Part shown: piece by piece, positions 7,762-16,985 of the stretch
How positions within the stretch are numbered: position 1 is the stretch's first letter
Layout of the letters: the number at the start of each line of letters is the position of its first letter
Assembly: GCA_043804695.1 (NCBI GenBank)
Contig: JAZDIV010000042.1
Span: forward strand, 1 to 17,516
Source: PVC group bacterium
GTDB taxonomy: Bacteria > Auribacterota > Erginobacteria > Erginobacterales > Erginobacteraceae
Length of the DNA stretch: 17,516 bases
Direction of reading: 5' to 3'
Made by a program: the position numbers and the translations under genes
The notes under the pieces: model-generated
What the model was told of the DNA's origin: nothing
What the model saw: only the letters and a program-made list of their open reading frames with translations
Databases searched by the model: none

Positions 7762-7898
7762 GTCAACTAAAATATTTTCACCGAGGCGACCCCGATTATA
7801 TCGGGGCGGAGCACCTTCCCAGTACTAAGCCGATGAAGAAAGAGGTCATGGTAACCGGGGACGATGGGATGAAAGTTCCCTCGAAGAAAACAGCTGAC
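7762..7898 (+). ncRNA. Candidate structured cis-regulatory leader RNA (riboswitch-like, family not recognised)
   Basis: Folded by eye. A closing stem (GUCAACU/AGCUGAC, UUUUC/GAAAA, CGAG/CUCG) encloses three hairpins: CCCCGAU/AUCGGGG with flanking tandem GA, a stem with a CUAAG/CAUGG receptor-like loop, and GGGAU-GAAA-GUUCC. It ends just before the RBS. Confidence 0.45.
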
Positions 7899-7919
7899 GC
7901 GAAATGCAAGGAGAGGAGG

Positions 7920-10121
7920 ATGAAGATGAATAAACTCCGGCTTGCCGTCATGAGCCTGGCCGTGATTATTCCCGTTTCCACCGCCCCGGGCGGTTCCTGG
8001 GAGGAACCGATCGAGATCAATGCTCCGCTGGAAGGCTGGGCGCTATACGCGAAGATAGCGTCCGATGACGAGGGGAACGCCATGGCTGTCTTTCGCCAGT
8101 ACGTCGGTTCCCCCCCCTGCACCAGCTGTATCTATGCCAATCGCTGGAACCGGGATTCCGGCTGGGAGGGACCGGTCAGAATCGCCTACCCGCAATCTTC
8201 GGCCTGTGACAAACCCCGGGTAGCGATGGATGCGGCGGGGAACGCGATCGTGATCTGGTTCCAGCCGTTTGGGGGCGATCTCTGCGTCATGGCCAAAAGG
8301 TACACCCCTGGAGACGGGTGGGGAGCAACAGAAAGAATATCGACCATGCAGGCGGCCAACGAACAGGATATCGCCATGACCTCCGGAGGGAAGGCGGTAA
8401 CCGTTTTCCTCCAGCAGGCAGGTGATGAAATGTATGTATTTGCCAACCGGTACCTGCCTTCAATCGGCTGGCAGGGGGCGGAGATGGTTGCCGCCGGGGT
8501 CCATAACCTGGAAACCATTCCGGATGTGGCAGTGGACAACCAGGGAAACGCGATCTGTGTTTTTATCGCCGATGACGAGTTGGAATGCCCCCGGGTGTAT
8601 GCCGTCTTGTACCGGACGGGAGAGGGGTGGGGAGAACCCGTTGCTCTCGATCCCGGTTTCGGTGAGGAATCGTATTCCTATGGAGCTCAAGTCGCCTTCG
8701 ATCTTTCCGGTTACGCGGTCTGCACCTACGCGGTGTACCGGGAACCGGAAGGGTACAGAGCTTACGCCGGCATCTATCGCCCCGACGCGGGATGGGATGA
8801 ATCGGAGCCGATCGGGAGCGTCAATGCGAATTCCCACGCCCCATCATATGGGGTCGCTTTCGACCCCGACGGGCGGGCGACGGCGGTTTTCAGGCAGCGT
8901 GTCAACGACGTCAGTTGCCTGTACATAAACACCTTTGACCCGCTTGTCGGATGGAAGGGGCCGGAGCCGCTTTACGCGGGAGACAATGACGCCCAGGGTG
9001 CGGAAATCGCGATTGATCCGGCGGGGTTCGCGATCTGTGTTTTTAACGTCATGGAAGAGCAGGGCATGCGAGCCTATGCCGCGCGGCATATTCCCGGCCT
9101 GGGGTGGGGCGGGATCCAGAGCATAGACAACGGTTCCGATACCGCCTGGTCTCCCCGGGTTACGCTTGACCGGGAAGGAAACGCCCTGGCGGTCTTCGAC
9201 AATCACGGATCGGAACTCAGTGTCTGTGCGGCCCGTTTCATCCCCGAGAGGAACTGGTTCGTGGACGCCGGAAATCTCACCCCCCCGTGGGAGGGGACGG
9301 CGGAGGACCCGTTCCCGCTGATCGGGGACGGGCTGGAGGCGGCCCGGTTCGGAGACCGAATTCTGGCGGCGGGGGGAACCTACCGGGAGATGCTTGCCAT
9401 TCCCAATGGTGTGGCCCTGGAAGGAGGATACGACCGGGAGTCCTGGAAGCGCCCCTCCAGCCCCGTTGAAACGGGGAGCATCATCAGGCCGGACGACGCC
9501 CCGGTTGGGCGAAAGCCCATAGTGACAATGGAGGGGGGCTCAATCCTCGATGGGTTCATTATCACCGGTGGTTTCGCCGGGTGTCCCGCCGTCTCCTGCC
9601 GGGATGCCTCCGCCGTTATTCATCGGTCCGTCATCGCCCGCAACCGGGGCGATGGTATCTGGTGCGAGGGAGCGTGCCGCCCCCTGATTTTCAACAACAC
9701 GATCGCCCATAATCATGGGTCGGGAGTGAGGATAGGGAACGGCGCCCGGCCTGAGATCGTTAACTGCATCATCGTCAAAAACGCCGCCGGCATCTCTTGC
9801 GACCCCACGGGTGTGAATCCTCCGGACGTCACCTACACCGATATCTGGGGGAACGGCAGCGGGGATGTGTGGCCGGGTGAGGGAAACCTCTTCGAGAACC
9901 CCTGTTTTCGGGCGGAGGCCGAGATTTCTTTCGGTTTTACATTAAGCGCCGATTCCCCCTGTATCGACGCCGGGATCGATATTGGCTTTCCTTTCGAGGG
10001 AGCCGCCCCCGATATGGGCGCGCTTGAATTCCGAAACTTCGCAATCGTACAGCGCACCGCCCCCGCCACTTCTTTTTTTAGAGATCTTTTTATGAGCAAA
10101 ACCGGTTTCCCCGGCATTTAG
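7920..10121 (+). CDS. Secreted protein: 8-repeat beta-propeller plus pectin-lyase-like right-handed beta-helix (DUF1565-like)
   Basis: Likely start 7920 or 7926 (RBS AAGGAGAGGAGG), followed by a signal peptide. Eight ~52-aa repeats 'GW..P..I...VA.D..GNA..VF...YA.RY'. Then 'WFVDA...GTAEDPF..IGDGL...GGTYRE', 'NNTIAHN' and 'LSADSPCIDAG...PDMGALE'. Confidence 0.85.
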   Translation: MKMNKLRLAVMSLAVIIPVSTAPGGSWEEPIEINAPLEGWALYAKIASDDEGNAMAVFRQYVGSPPCTSCIYANRWNRDSGWEGPVRIAYPQSSACDKPRVAMDAAGNAIVIWFQPFGGDLCVMAKRYTPGDGWGATERISTMQAANEQDIAMTSGGKAVTVFLQQAGDEMYVFANRYLPSIGWQGAEMVAAGVHNLETIPDVAVDNQGNAICVFIADDELECPRVYAVLYRTGEGWGEPVALDPGFGEESYSYGAQVAFDLSGYAVCTYAVYREPEGYRAYAGIYRPDAGWDESEPIGSVNANSHAPSYGVAFDPDGRATAVFRQRVNDVSCLYINTFDPLVGWKGPEPLYAGDNDAQGAEIAIDPAGFAICVFNVMEEQGMRAYAARHIPGLGWGGIQSIDNGSDTAWSPRVTLDREGNALAVFDNHGSELSVCAARFIPERNWFVDAGNLTPPWEGTAEDPFPLIGDGLEAARFGDRILAAGGTYREMLAIPNGVALEGGYDRESWKRPSSPVETGSIIRPDDAPVGRKPIVTMEGGSILDGFIITGGFAGCPAVSCRDASAVIHRSVIARNRGDGIWCEGACRPLIFNNTIAHNHGSGVRIGNGARPEIVNCIIVKNAAGISCDPTGVNPPDVTYTDIWGNGSGDVWPGEGNLFENPCFRAEAEISFGFTLSADSPCIDAGIDIGFPFEGAAPDMGALEFRNFAIVQRTAPATSFFRDLFMSKTGFPGI
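10092..10118 (+). promoter_or_regulatory. Putative ECF promoter P3 (ATGAG-N16-GGCATT)
   Basis: ATGAG caaaaccggtttcccc GGCATT in the last codons of the propeller gene, about 70 nt upstream of the next ORF. Confidence 0.65.
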
Positions 10122-10187
10122 AGTTGTAGGAATGAAAAACCTGATCGGACCGATTGAAGAAAAAATCAGCGATGGGGGGGATTGTTC

Positions 10188-10442
10188 ATGAATACCGGAT
10201 TAAATGACGAATTGCCGGCCATGATACCGGAACCCGACCTGGAGAAGCCGGGAATAACCACTCAATGCGCCTGGTGCCGGAGAGTCCATGAAAATGGAAG
10301 GTGGTTTGGCATGGAACCTTCCGGGAATATCAGTCATGGAATATGCCCGGAATGTTCCGGTCGGATTGATGAAGGAGTTGCGGCGTTTTCAGCGGAGAAT
10401 GGATCTATCCCCGTCTTCTTTTCCCTGCCGGCGGGGAGGTAA
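10188..10442 (+). CDS. Small Zn-ribbon-like protein (CAWC...SHGICPEC)
   Basis: Motif CAWCRR...W...ISHGICPEC. G-rich RBS before ATG 10188 (TTG 10182 is an alternative start). Confidence 0.75.
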   Translation: MNTGLNDELPAMIPEPDLEKPGITTQCAWCRRVHENGRWFGMEPSGNISHGICPECSGRIDEGVAAFSAENGSIPVFFSLPAGR

Positions 10443-10524
10443 CGGCGGCGGCGGTTTCATGAGTCGGCGTGGGGGTGAACGCAACAAACAAAACGGGCCG
10501 TCAGGCCCGGGGAGGAAGGATAAC

Positions 10525-11172
10525 GTGAAAAGAAGTGCGATGGCGGCGGTGATGATGATGTTCTTCGGAGTGATGTGTTTGCCGGCGGTGATTTTCGGCC
10601 GGTTTGTCCATGACGGGTACCCGATGGACTGGGAAGGGAAACTGAACAATCTCCTCAATCCTGGGAATTGGCATGTTGCTCATCAGTATTATGATGATTT
10701 TACCTTCGAGGTGGAAGAAATCCACATGCGGGTCTTGAGGAACGGCAACCTGGCCATACTTTTTAAATGCGGTGAAATCATCGGCCCGGACACGCTTGAA
10801 GCGATCGATGAATTCTCGGAGGAGTACGCGGGAGAGGAAGGCGGCTGGTTCTTCGGCAGTTCTCAGCTTCGACATATGACGTTTGTCGTGGATGTTCAAG
10901 GAGAAGGGGAATCCGAGTATGAAATTAGTTTTAACTATATATTCTACTCGGAGATTAACGGCGGGGAGTGGGACGGGACCTGGCGCGAGGCCGTTCTCCC
11001 CCTGGAATTGGCGCAGAATGGAGCCCTGGAAATGGGTATAAGCTTCGAAGGGTATTCACCGGATTTCGACCCCATAACCTTTGGCTGGACGACGGACAAC
11101 ATTTTTTTTGAGTGGGAGAACACGGGTATCAGCGAACTCATTCAAGGCCAGGACGGCAAAACCGGGAAATAG
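10525..11172 (+). CDS. Secreted hypothetical protein (acidic, beta-rich)
   Basis: RBS GGAGGAAGGA then GTG 10525. Signal peptide KRSAMAAVMMMFFGVMCLPAVIFG. The mature N-terminus 'DGYPMDW' weakly recalls DOMON/CBM9-like starts. Confidence 0.7.
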   Translation: MKRSAMAAVMMMFFGVMCLPAVIFGRFVHDGYPMDWEGKLNNLLNPGNWHVAHQYYDDFTFEVEEIHMRVLRNGNLAILFKCGEIIGPDTLEAIDEFSEEYAGEEGGWFFGSSQLRHMTFVVDVQGEGESEYEISFNYIFYSEINGGEWDGTWREAVLPLELAQNGALEMGISFEGYSPDFDPITFGWTTDNIFFEWENTGISELIQGQDGKTGK

Positions 11173-11200
11173 CACAAGGCTGCTTCTGGAAAGATAAAAA

Positions 11201-11262
11201 TGATAGGTACCCGGGTCCGGCCGTCCCCTGACGGTCGCCGGGCCGGCCGGACCCGGTTATCA
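11201..11262. repeat. Intergenic inverted repeat (possible terminator or mRNA processing/stability hairpin)
   Basis: Perfect 13-bp arms CCGGGTCCGGCCG (11211-11223) and CGGCCGGACCCGG (11244-11256), plus outer TGATA/TATCA. No clear U-tract. Confidence 0.7.
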
Positions 11263-11291
11263 CAGTGTGCCGGTGCCTTAAAGCAGAGACA

Positions 11292-14200
11292 ATGAGAAGC
11301 AAAAGATTAACGAGAGTAATGAATTGTAATCGCCGTTGCTGGCGCGTGGGTATCTGTTTCATCTTCGTGCCTGTTTTTACGGTACCGGCTGCCTTCCCCC
11401 AGCAGCTTACCCTGGAATACTCCACCTACATCGGGGGATGGGGGAATGATGCCGCCTACGCCGTGAAAACGGACGGGGAAGGAAATGTCTATCTGGCCGG
11501 TCTGACCGGGACGAATGACTTTCCCCTCGTCAACCCCTACCAAAGCAGCGTGGCCGGGCAGAGCGACCTTTTTGCCAGCAAGTTATCCCCTGACGGGACC
11601 ACACTGCTCTATTCCACGATGATCGGGGGAGCCGAGATCGATGAAGCCTGGCACCTCGCGATAGATGGCGATGGGTGCGCCTACCTGACCGGGAAGACCG
11701 AGTCCGAAAATTTCCCCACCGTGAACCCGTACCAGTCTTCCCTAGCCGGAGGATCGGATGCATTTGTCTGTAAACTCTCCTCTTCCGGCAGTACGTTGGA
11801 ATACGCCACCTATCTGGGTGGAGATACCGGTATTGGAGAAGAAGATGATTACGGGTTCGGGGTGGCAGTGGATGAGGAAGGCTGCGCGTATGTGGCCGGC
11901 AGTACGGATTCCGGTAATTTTCCCACCGTTTCGGCCTACCAGGCTTCTGCCGGGGGAGCGACCGACGCCTTCGCGGCCAAGCTCTCCGCCTCCGGTTCCC
12001 GCCTGATTTACAGCACCTACCTGGGAGGTGACCTCGCTGAATTCGGTGAAGGCCTCGTCCTGACCGGCAGCGGGGCAGTCTGTCTGGCCGGCCAGACCCG
12101 GTCGGCGGGATTTCCCACCCTGAATCCCTATCAGCCTTCCCTGGCGGGTGAGGCGGATGCCTTTATTACCGGAATCTCCTCGACGGGATCGTCGTTGATC
12201 TTCTCGACTTTCATGGGAGGGATAGACGAGGACGTTGCTCATCGAGTCGCCCGCGGCAACGACGGCGCTCTTTATATTGTCGGGCATTCGCAATCATCCG
12301 ATTTTCCGACCCGGAGCGCCTACCAGGCATCCATCGGGGGAGGGAACGACGCGTTCGTGGCCTGCCTTGATTCCACCGGGTCGAGTCTGCGGTATTCCAC
12401 TTACCTGGGATCGCCGAACCAGGAGTATGGTTTAGATCTGTCCGTTAATGAACTCAATCAAGCCTGTGCAACGGGGTACACCAATTCCAGCACTTTCCCC
12501 GTCAAGAATCCGTATCAATCAAGCATGGGGGGAGGATTGGATATGTTTATCTCCCGCTTTCTCTCCTCCGGCGATGGTTTACTCTTCTCCACCTACCTGG
12601 GAGGAACGGCCAGTGAGTGCGGTCAGGCCATTTGCGAGTCAGCCACTCAGAAGGTTTGGATCGGCGGGGACAGCAACTCCGTTGATTTCCCGTTGGTCAA
12701 TCCGTATCAATCCAGCCGGGAGGGGAATCAGGATATAGTGGTATTCAGAATTGACTGGATTACGCCCACTCCGACTCCCACACCAACACCGACTCCCTCG
12801 ATCACGCCGACGCCGAGCGTGACGCCCAGTCCGACCCCCTCGATCACCCCGACACCGAGTGTTACGCCCACTCCGTCAGTGACACCTACGCCCTCCGTCA
12901 CGCCGACGTCAAGTGTGACTCCGACCCCCTCGATCACGCCATCTCCGACTCCTTCCGCGACGCCCGCGGCGACCCCGAGTAATACCCCCACGCCGGCGTA
13001 CTGCGAGGAACTCCTGGTGATCAACGATCTGGAAGATCTGCAGATCGCCGTTCCCCGGTCCGGCTCCGGGACCGGATGGAGATGGAGCATCACCCGGGCG
13101 GAAGCGCCGGCGACCGATGTCTATGGTTCGGTGGCCGACAACGCCAACACGTTTACCGATCTGACCGATTATCCGCTCCAGCCGGTCGCCGTCCAGTTCA
13201 CGAGCCTGAGCGAGCCCATTACCATCCTGGAGGGCGATTACATCACGGTGACGTATGACGGCGGCCAGATGGTAAACGTTTATCCGCCGCCGCTGAGCGG
13301 GATGGTCGATACCTATTATTTTATCGGATCGGACGGGGCGACCTACGCCGACCGGTGGCTGTGCGACCGGGTCGAAGATGTTCCGACGCCCACACCCACC
13401 GCCGCGCCGATCGTGACGCCCAGCCCATCGGCGACACCTTCTCCGGCCCCGTCGGCAACATCTTCTCCGGCCCCGTCCGCGACCCCGTCCACCGCCCCCC
13501 CGCCGCCGCCCACGTCTACGCCGCCGCCCGCTCCCAGCGCGACACCCGCCCGGACGCCTTCGCCGCCGCCGACCCCAACCCCGACCCCGACCTGCGGCCC
13601 GACCGTGCCTCGGCCCGGCTTCATCCTGGAGGGGGGTGACTACGACGGGGACGGCACCGCCGACATCGGCATCTTCCGCCCGCCGGCCGGCCTCTGGGCG
13701 GTCCGTGGCGTCACCCGGGCCTACTTCGGGGGCGGCGACGACGCTCCCGTCTCCGGGGACTATAACGGGGATGGAATGATGGAGATCGGCATCTTCCGGC
13801 CCGCTTGCGGCCTCTGGGCGGTCCGCGGGGTCACCCGCACCTACTACGGCCTGGCCGGCGACGAGCCGGCCCCGGCCGACTACGACGGGGACGGCACCGT
13901 CGACGTCACCATCTTCCGGCCCGCTTGCGGCCTCTGGTCCGCCCGCGGGGTCACCCGCACCTACTTCGGCGCCGCCGGGGATTCGGCCGTTCCCGGCGAC
14001 TATGAGGGCGCCGGAACGGCGGCCATCGGCATCTTCCGTCCCGCTTCGGGGACCTGGGCGATCCGGGGGGTGACCCGGTTATACTTCGGCGGGGCCGACG
14101 ATTGGCCGCTCCCCGGGGACTACGACGGCGACGGCTACCGGGAGGCGGCCGTCTTCCGCCCCTGGTCGACCGGCCTCTGGGCGGTCCGCGGCGTCACCCG

Positions 14201-14363
14201 CTTCTACTTCGGCCGGTGTACCGATTATCCGCTCCGGGCCGATTTCAACTGTGACGGGATTGACGATCCCGGCGTCTTCCGACAGAGCCAGGGCCTCTGG
14301 GCCATCCGGGGGGTGAGCAGGGTTTATTATGGCTCCAGCGGCGATCTCCCGGCAACGAGATAA
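11292..14363 (+). CDS. Large secreted protein: 7 SBBP beta-propeller repeats, Pro/Thr linker, unknown domain, Pro/Thr linker, 6 FG-GAP/VCBS-like C-terminal repeats
   Basis: Signal-peptide-like N-terminus (start 11292 or 11319). Seven 'YSTYLGG...DFP.VNPYQ...DAF..KL' repeats, (TPTPS)n linkers, and six '[26 protein letters not shown]' repeats. Confidence 0.9.
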   Translation: MRSKRLTRVMNCNRRCWRVGICFIFVPVFTVPAAFPQQLTLEYSTYIGGWGNDAAYAVKTDGEGNVYLAGLTGTNDFPLVNPYQSSVAGQSDLFASKLSPDGTTLLYSTMIGGAEIDEAWHLAIDGDGCAYLTGKTESENFPTVNPYQSSLAGGSDAFVCKLSSSGSTLEYATYLGGDTGIGEEDDYGFGVAVDEEGCAYVAGSTDSGNFPTVSAYQASAGGATDAFAAKLSASGSRLIYSTYLGGDLAEFGEGLVLTGSGAVCLAGQTRSAGFPTLNPYQPSLAGEADAFITGISSTGSSLIFSTFMGGIDEDVAHRVARGNDGALYIVGHSQSSDFPTRSAYQASIGGGNDAFVACLDSTGSSLRYSTYLGSPNQEYGLDLSVNELNQACATGYTNSSTFPVKNPYQSSMGGGLDMFISRFLSSGDGLLFSTYLGGTASECGQAICESATQKVWIGGDSNSVDFPLVNPYQSSREGNQDIVVFRIDWITPTPTPTPTPTPSITPTPSVTPSPTPSITPTPSVTPTPSVTPTPSVTPTSSVTPTPSITPSPTPSATPAATPSNTPTPAYCEELLVINDLEDLQIAVPRSGSGTGWRWSITRAEAPATDVYGSVADNANTFTDLTDYPLQPVAVQFTSLSEPITILEGDYITVTYDGGQMVNVYPPPLSGMVDTYYFIGSDGATYADRWLCDRVEDVPTPTPTAAPIVTPSPSATPSPAPSATSSPAPSATPSTAPPPPPTSTPPPAPSATPARTPSPPPTPTPTPTCGPTVPRPGFILEGGDYDGDGTADIGIFRPPAGLWAVRGVTRAYFGGGDDAPVSGDYNGDGMMEIGIFRPACGLWAVRGVTRTYYGLAGDEPAPADYDGDGTVDVTIFRPACGLWSARGVTRTYFGAAGDSAVPGDYEGAGTAAIGIFRPASGTWAIRGVTRLYFGGADDWPLPGDYDGDGYREAAVFRPWSTGLWAVRGVTRFYFGRCTDYPLRADFNCDGIDDPGVFRQSQGLWAIRGVSRVYYGSSGDLPATR
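13635..14360 (+). repeat. Six ~120-bp coding tandem repeats (40-aa DxDGDG units)
   Basis: Repeated ggcctctgggcggtccgcggggtcacccg-type blocks at about 120-bp spacing. Confidence 0.9.
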
Positions 14364-14405
14364 ACCGGCGCCCTGATAAACATTCGTTAAACACAGGATG
14401 AAAGC

Positions 14406-14957
14406 ATGAATAGATATGCCTTCCTGATGGTCTTCGGCGCCGTTTTGATGGTCCCGGTCCCGGGCTCGACCACCGGGATTGAAGCAGAGAAAACGGGGAA
14501 ACAACCGTCCCCGGGCGCGATTAAACAGGCCGCCGAAGAACAAATTCTGCGGTATCCTTTTTCGATCTCCCCGCCGTTGATACGGGTTCTCAAAGGGCCC
14601 GACGGAGAGGAGTACAGCCTGATCGAGGCGGCGGGGTGTACCCCGTCGGGGGAGCCGGGCGAACCCGCCCTGCCGGGGTGCAGTAAATTTCTGGTCTTGC
14701 CGCCCGGCGTAAAGGTGATTGGTGTGGAGCTGAAGGTGATTGAGAAGCAAACTGTTCCACTGCCACATCCTCCCTACCCGGTTCAGCCGGAGGTGAATAT
14801 GGATGAAGAACCGCCGCCCTTCGTCTCCCCCAAAAGGGGGGTCTATCGGGAAGGGGCCTGTTTCCCGGAGGGAAATTTTCAATTTGCCGGAACCAACTAC
14901 TGGCAGGGCTGCCGGGTAGCGGTCTGCGGTTTTTATCCCTGTCGGGCAATGGGATGA
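14406..14957 (+). pseudogene. Truncated secreted protein with peptidase C25 (gingipain-type) propeptide
   Basis: Signal peptide, then 'GEPGEPALP...LVLPPG...PYPVQP...F...Y....FP...GCRVA...FYP'. Similarity ends at about 14940 with no catalytic domain, and an IS fragment follows. Confidence 0.7.
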
Positions 14958-15054
14958 GAGCGCCTGGTCGGCCCTGGGTTCAGGAATGAACGGTATGGTC
15001 GGAGTTCTGTCATGCGATGGACGGTCCGGATGGCCGAAGGAATGGTAAAAATGA

Positions 15055-15432
15055 GAGCGACTCTATGAACTTCAACAGTGGGTTGAGTCGTTTGATCTGC
15101 GCTGTCTGGGATACGAGGAAAAACCTGACGCTATATTCAGCGACGATAGATTCGGCCGGGCGCTTGATAAACTGTATCAAGCCGATCGGGTCTCCCTGAT
15201 GACACCGGTTGTCGTTTCAGCGGTCAGGACATTTGAAATTGATCTGAGCCGCATCCACAGTGACTGCACCAGCGTGAAAGCCTTCGGCAAGATCGCCGGG
15301 AAGACACACTCCGGGGTTGAGCTGCATCATGGGTACAGCAAAGATCACCGCCCCGATCTCAAGCAACTTGTGTTTTGCTTGAGTATCTGTGAAGACGGAG
15401 CAGTTCCGGTACACCATAAAGTCTATCCCGGC
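15055..15432 (+). mobile_element. IS1634-family transposase fragment
   Basis: In-frame translation 'LYELQQWV...FSDDRFGRALDKLY...IHSDCTSV...HGYSKDHRPDLKQLVFCLSICEDGAVPV...YPG' matches IS1634 N-terminal motifs. Both ends are missing. Confidence 0.88.
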
Positions 15433-15717
15433 ATCTCGCCGAAGCCTTCCGCGACGCCGGTCCCCACGGCCACACCCGCGCCGTCACCGACGGCCGTGAT
15501 TACGCCGCCTCCGACACCGGTCCCGGTGCCGACCTCCGTCCACCTGGTGATCGCCTTTGACGACTACGACGGGGACGGGATGGCCGACCTGACGGCGTTG
15601 CGATGGAACAAAGGGTTGACCTGGTGGTGGATTCTCTACTCGGGCGCCCCCTGCGGATATTCGAACTTCTCGGCCCGGACGGGGGACGCGATTGTCACGG
15701 GGGCGGCCTCTTACTGA
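15433..15717 (+). pseudogene. Orphan 3' end of a secreted-protein gene (Pro/Thr linker + single DYDGDG unit), fused in frame to the IS fragment
   Basis: 'SPKPSATPVPTATPAPSPT...DDYDGDGMADLTALR...WWILYS...GDAIVTG'. Composition returns to GC-rich at about 15433. Confidence 0.65.
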
Positions 15718-15721
15718 GAAA

Positions 15722-16861
15722 TCACCGCCGGATTGCCTCCGCCAGCAGGGAGGCCTGCCAGCGGAGGAGGCCCCCGCTCTCCATCATCTCCTCAACCGTT
15801 GCCGCCCCCGCCCGGACGACGGCCTCCAGCGCGGCCCGGGGGGCGAGCACCGAAGAAGGGAGGCCGAGGCCTCCGGCCACCCGGGCCGCGGCATCCCGGA
15901 GCTTCTCTAGCCGGGTGGCCTCCTTCGCCGGGAGCGGTTCCTGCCGCTCTCCCTTTTTCCGGAGCGGCGGCAGACGGTCCGGGGGGAGGCCCCGGGCTTC
16001 CCGGACCGCGTGTTCCAGGGCATCCAGCCGTTTTTCCCGGCAGGTCCGCGGCAGTCGCGGCCCCCGCCGCGCCGGCTGCCCGGGATGGGCGCGGGCCCAG
16101 AGGGCCAGTTCCAGGAGCAGCTCGTTGCCCATGACCTTGAAGGGGGGGAGGTCGGCTTCCCGCGCCTCCTTCTCCCGCCAGTGCCAGAGGCCGCGGACAA
16201 AGGCCAGCTGCTCCCGGCTGCAGTCTTTCAGGCCCTTGATCCGCCAGGCGTCATCGGGATCCCTTCCCGGTCGATCCTGCCCGGTTTTTTGGACCAGGGC
16301 GTCACAGGTCTCCCGGTGCCATTCCTCGCGTCCCCGCTCGCAGAGTCTCTCCCGCAGCCGGTCCGCCAGCGGTTCGAGATAGCGGGTGTCGTCGGCGGCA
16401 TAGGCGAGCTTCGCTTCCGGGAGCGGGCGCCGGGACCAGTCGAACTTCTGGCCGCCCTTGACGAGAACGACACCGAGGATTTCGCCGGCGAGAGTGGCCA
16501 GGCCCGGCTGTTCGTGCCCGAGAAGCTGCCCGGCCAGCATGGTGTCGAAAACCCCGGCCCGGGGGCGAAAGCCGAATGAAGATCGCAGCATCCTTAAATC
16601 GTAGTCCGCGCCGTGGAGGATGAGCGGCCGGCCGGCCAGGGCCCGGAAAAAGACCGACAGGTCCATCCCGGCCAGGGGATCGACGATATAGGCGTCCCCG
16701 GAGATCGAGACCTGGATCAGGCAGACCTTCTCGTAATAGTGGTGAAGGCTATCGGCTTCGGTGTCGAGCGCTGCTCGGGCGGCATCCGCGATCCTGCCGG
16801 CGAGCGCGCTCAGGGAACGCTCGTCATCGATCCAGTCATACCGGCGGTCGAATGCAGACAT
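15722..16861 (-). CDS. rnd: Ribonuclease D (DEDDy 3'-5' exonuclease with HRDC domain)
   Basis: 'ALDTEADSLHHY..KVCLIQ', 'LHGADYDL', 'FDTMLA', 'DWSRRPL....LAYAADDT', and HRDC 'LWHWREKEAREADLPPFKV'. Confidence 0.93.
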   Translation of the reverse strand: MSAFDRRYDWIDDERSLSALAGRIADAARAALDTEADSLHHYYEKVCLIQVSISGDAYIVDPLAGMDLSVFFRALAGRPLILHGADYDLRMLRSSFGFRPRAGVFDTMLAGQLLGHEQPGLATLAGEILGVVLVKGGQKFDWSRRPLPEAKLAYAADDTRYLEPLADRLRERLCERGREEWHRETCDALVQKTGQDRPGRDPDDAWRIKGLKDCSREQLAFVRGLWHWREKEAREADLPPFKVMGNELLLELALWARAHPGQPARRGPRLPRTCREKRLDALEHAVREARGLPPDRLPPLRKKGERQEPLPAKEATRLEKLRDAAARVAGGLGLPSSVLAPRAALEAVVRAGAATVEEMMESGGLLRWQASLLAEAIRR

Positions 16862-16910
16862 GATATCCCAGTAAAGTGTTTGTTCGCGGGAGAGGTCTTC
16901 AACCCCGCAA

Positions 16911-16985
16911 AAGTGGATACTTTGAAACCGAAATCACCGGCTGCTTTGTTCCGGAATGGGTGGCTACTTTGCTCGGAAATCCGCA
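16911..16985 (-). mobile_element. Solitary IS21-family terminal end with three ~23-bp transposase-binding repeats
   Basis: Minus strand reads TGCGG ATTTCCGAGCAAAGTAGCCACCC / ATTCCGGAACAAAGCAGCCGGTG / ATTTCGGTTTCAAAGTATCCACTT. A TG terminus with tandem sub-terminal repeats is typical of IS21 ends. No istA/istB is present. Confidence 0.65.

Noticed and set aside
7780..7870. Canonical c-di-GMP-I (GEMM), Moco or SAM-I riboswitch
   Set aside because: Only the receptor-like arm is similar. The conserved ligand-binding cores and helix order do not match, so it is kept as an unassigned candidate.
7833..7919. N-terminal extension of the 762-aa ORF from ATG 7833
   Set aside because: No RBS at 7833. 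A strong RBS and a signal peptide begin at 7920/7926, and the region folds as a leader RNA.
10288..10524. N-terminal extension of the 294-aa ORF
   Set aside because: It overlaps the CxxC gene. The RBS, GTG and signal peptide at 10525 give a better start.
12760..14360. CRISPR array or DGR template/variable repeats
   Set aside because: The repeats are in-frame coding units (Pro/Thr linkers and 40-aa repeats) without unique spacers. No adenine-specific mismatch pattern is evident, and there is no cas or reverse transcriptase gene in the window.
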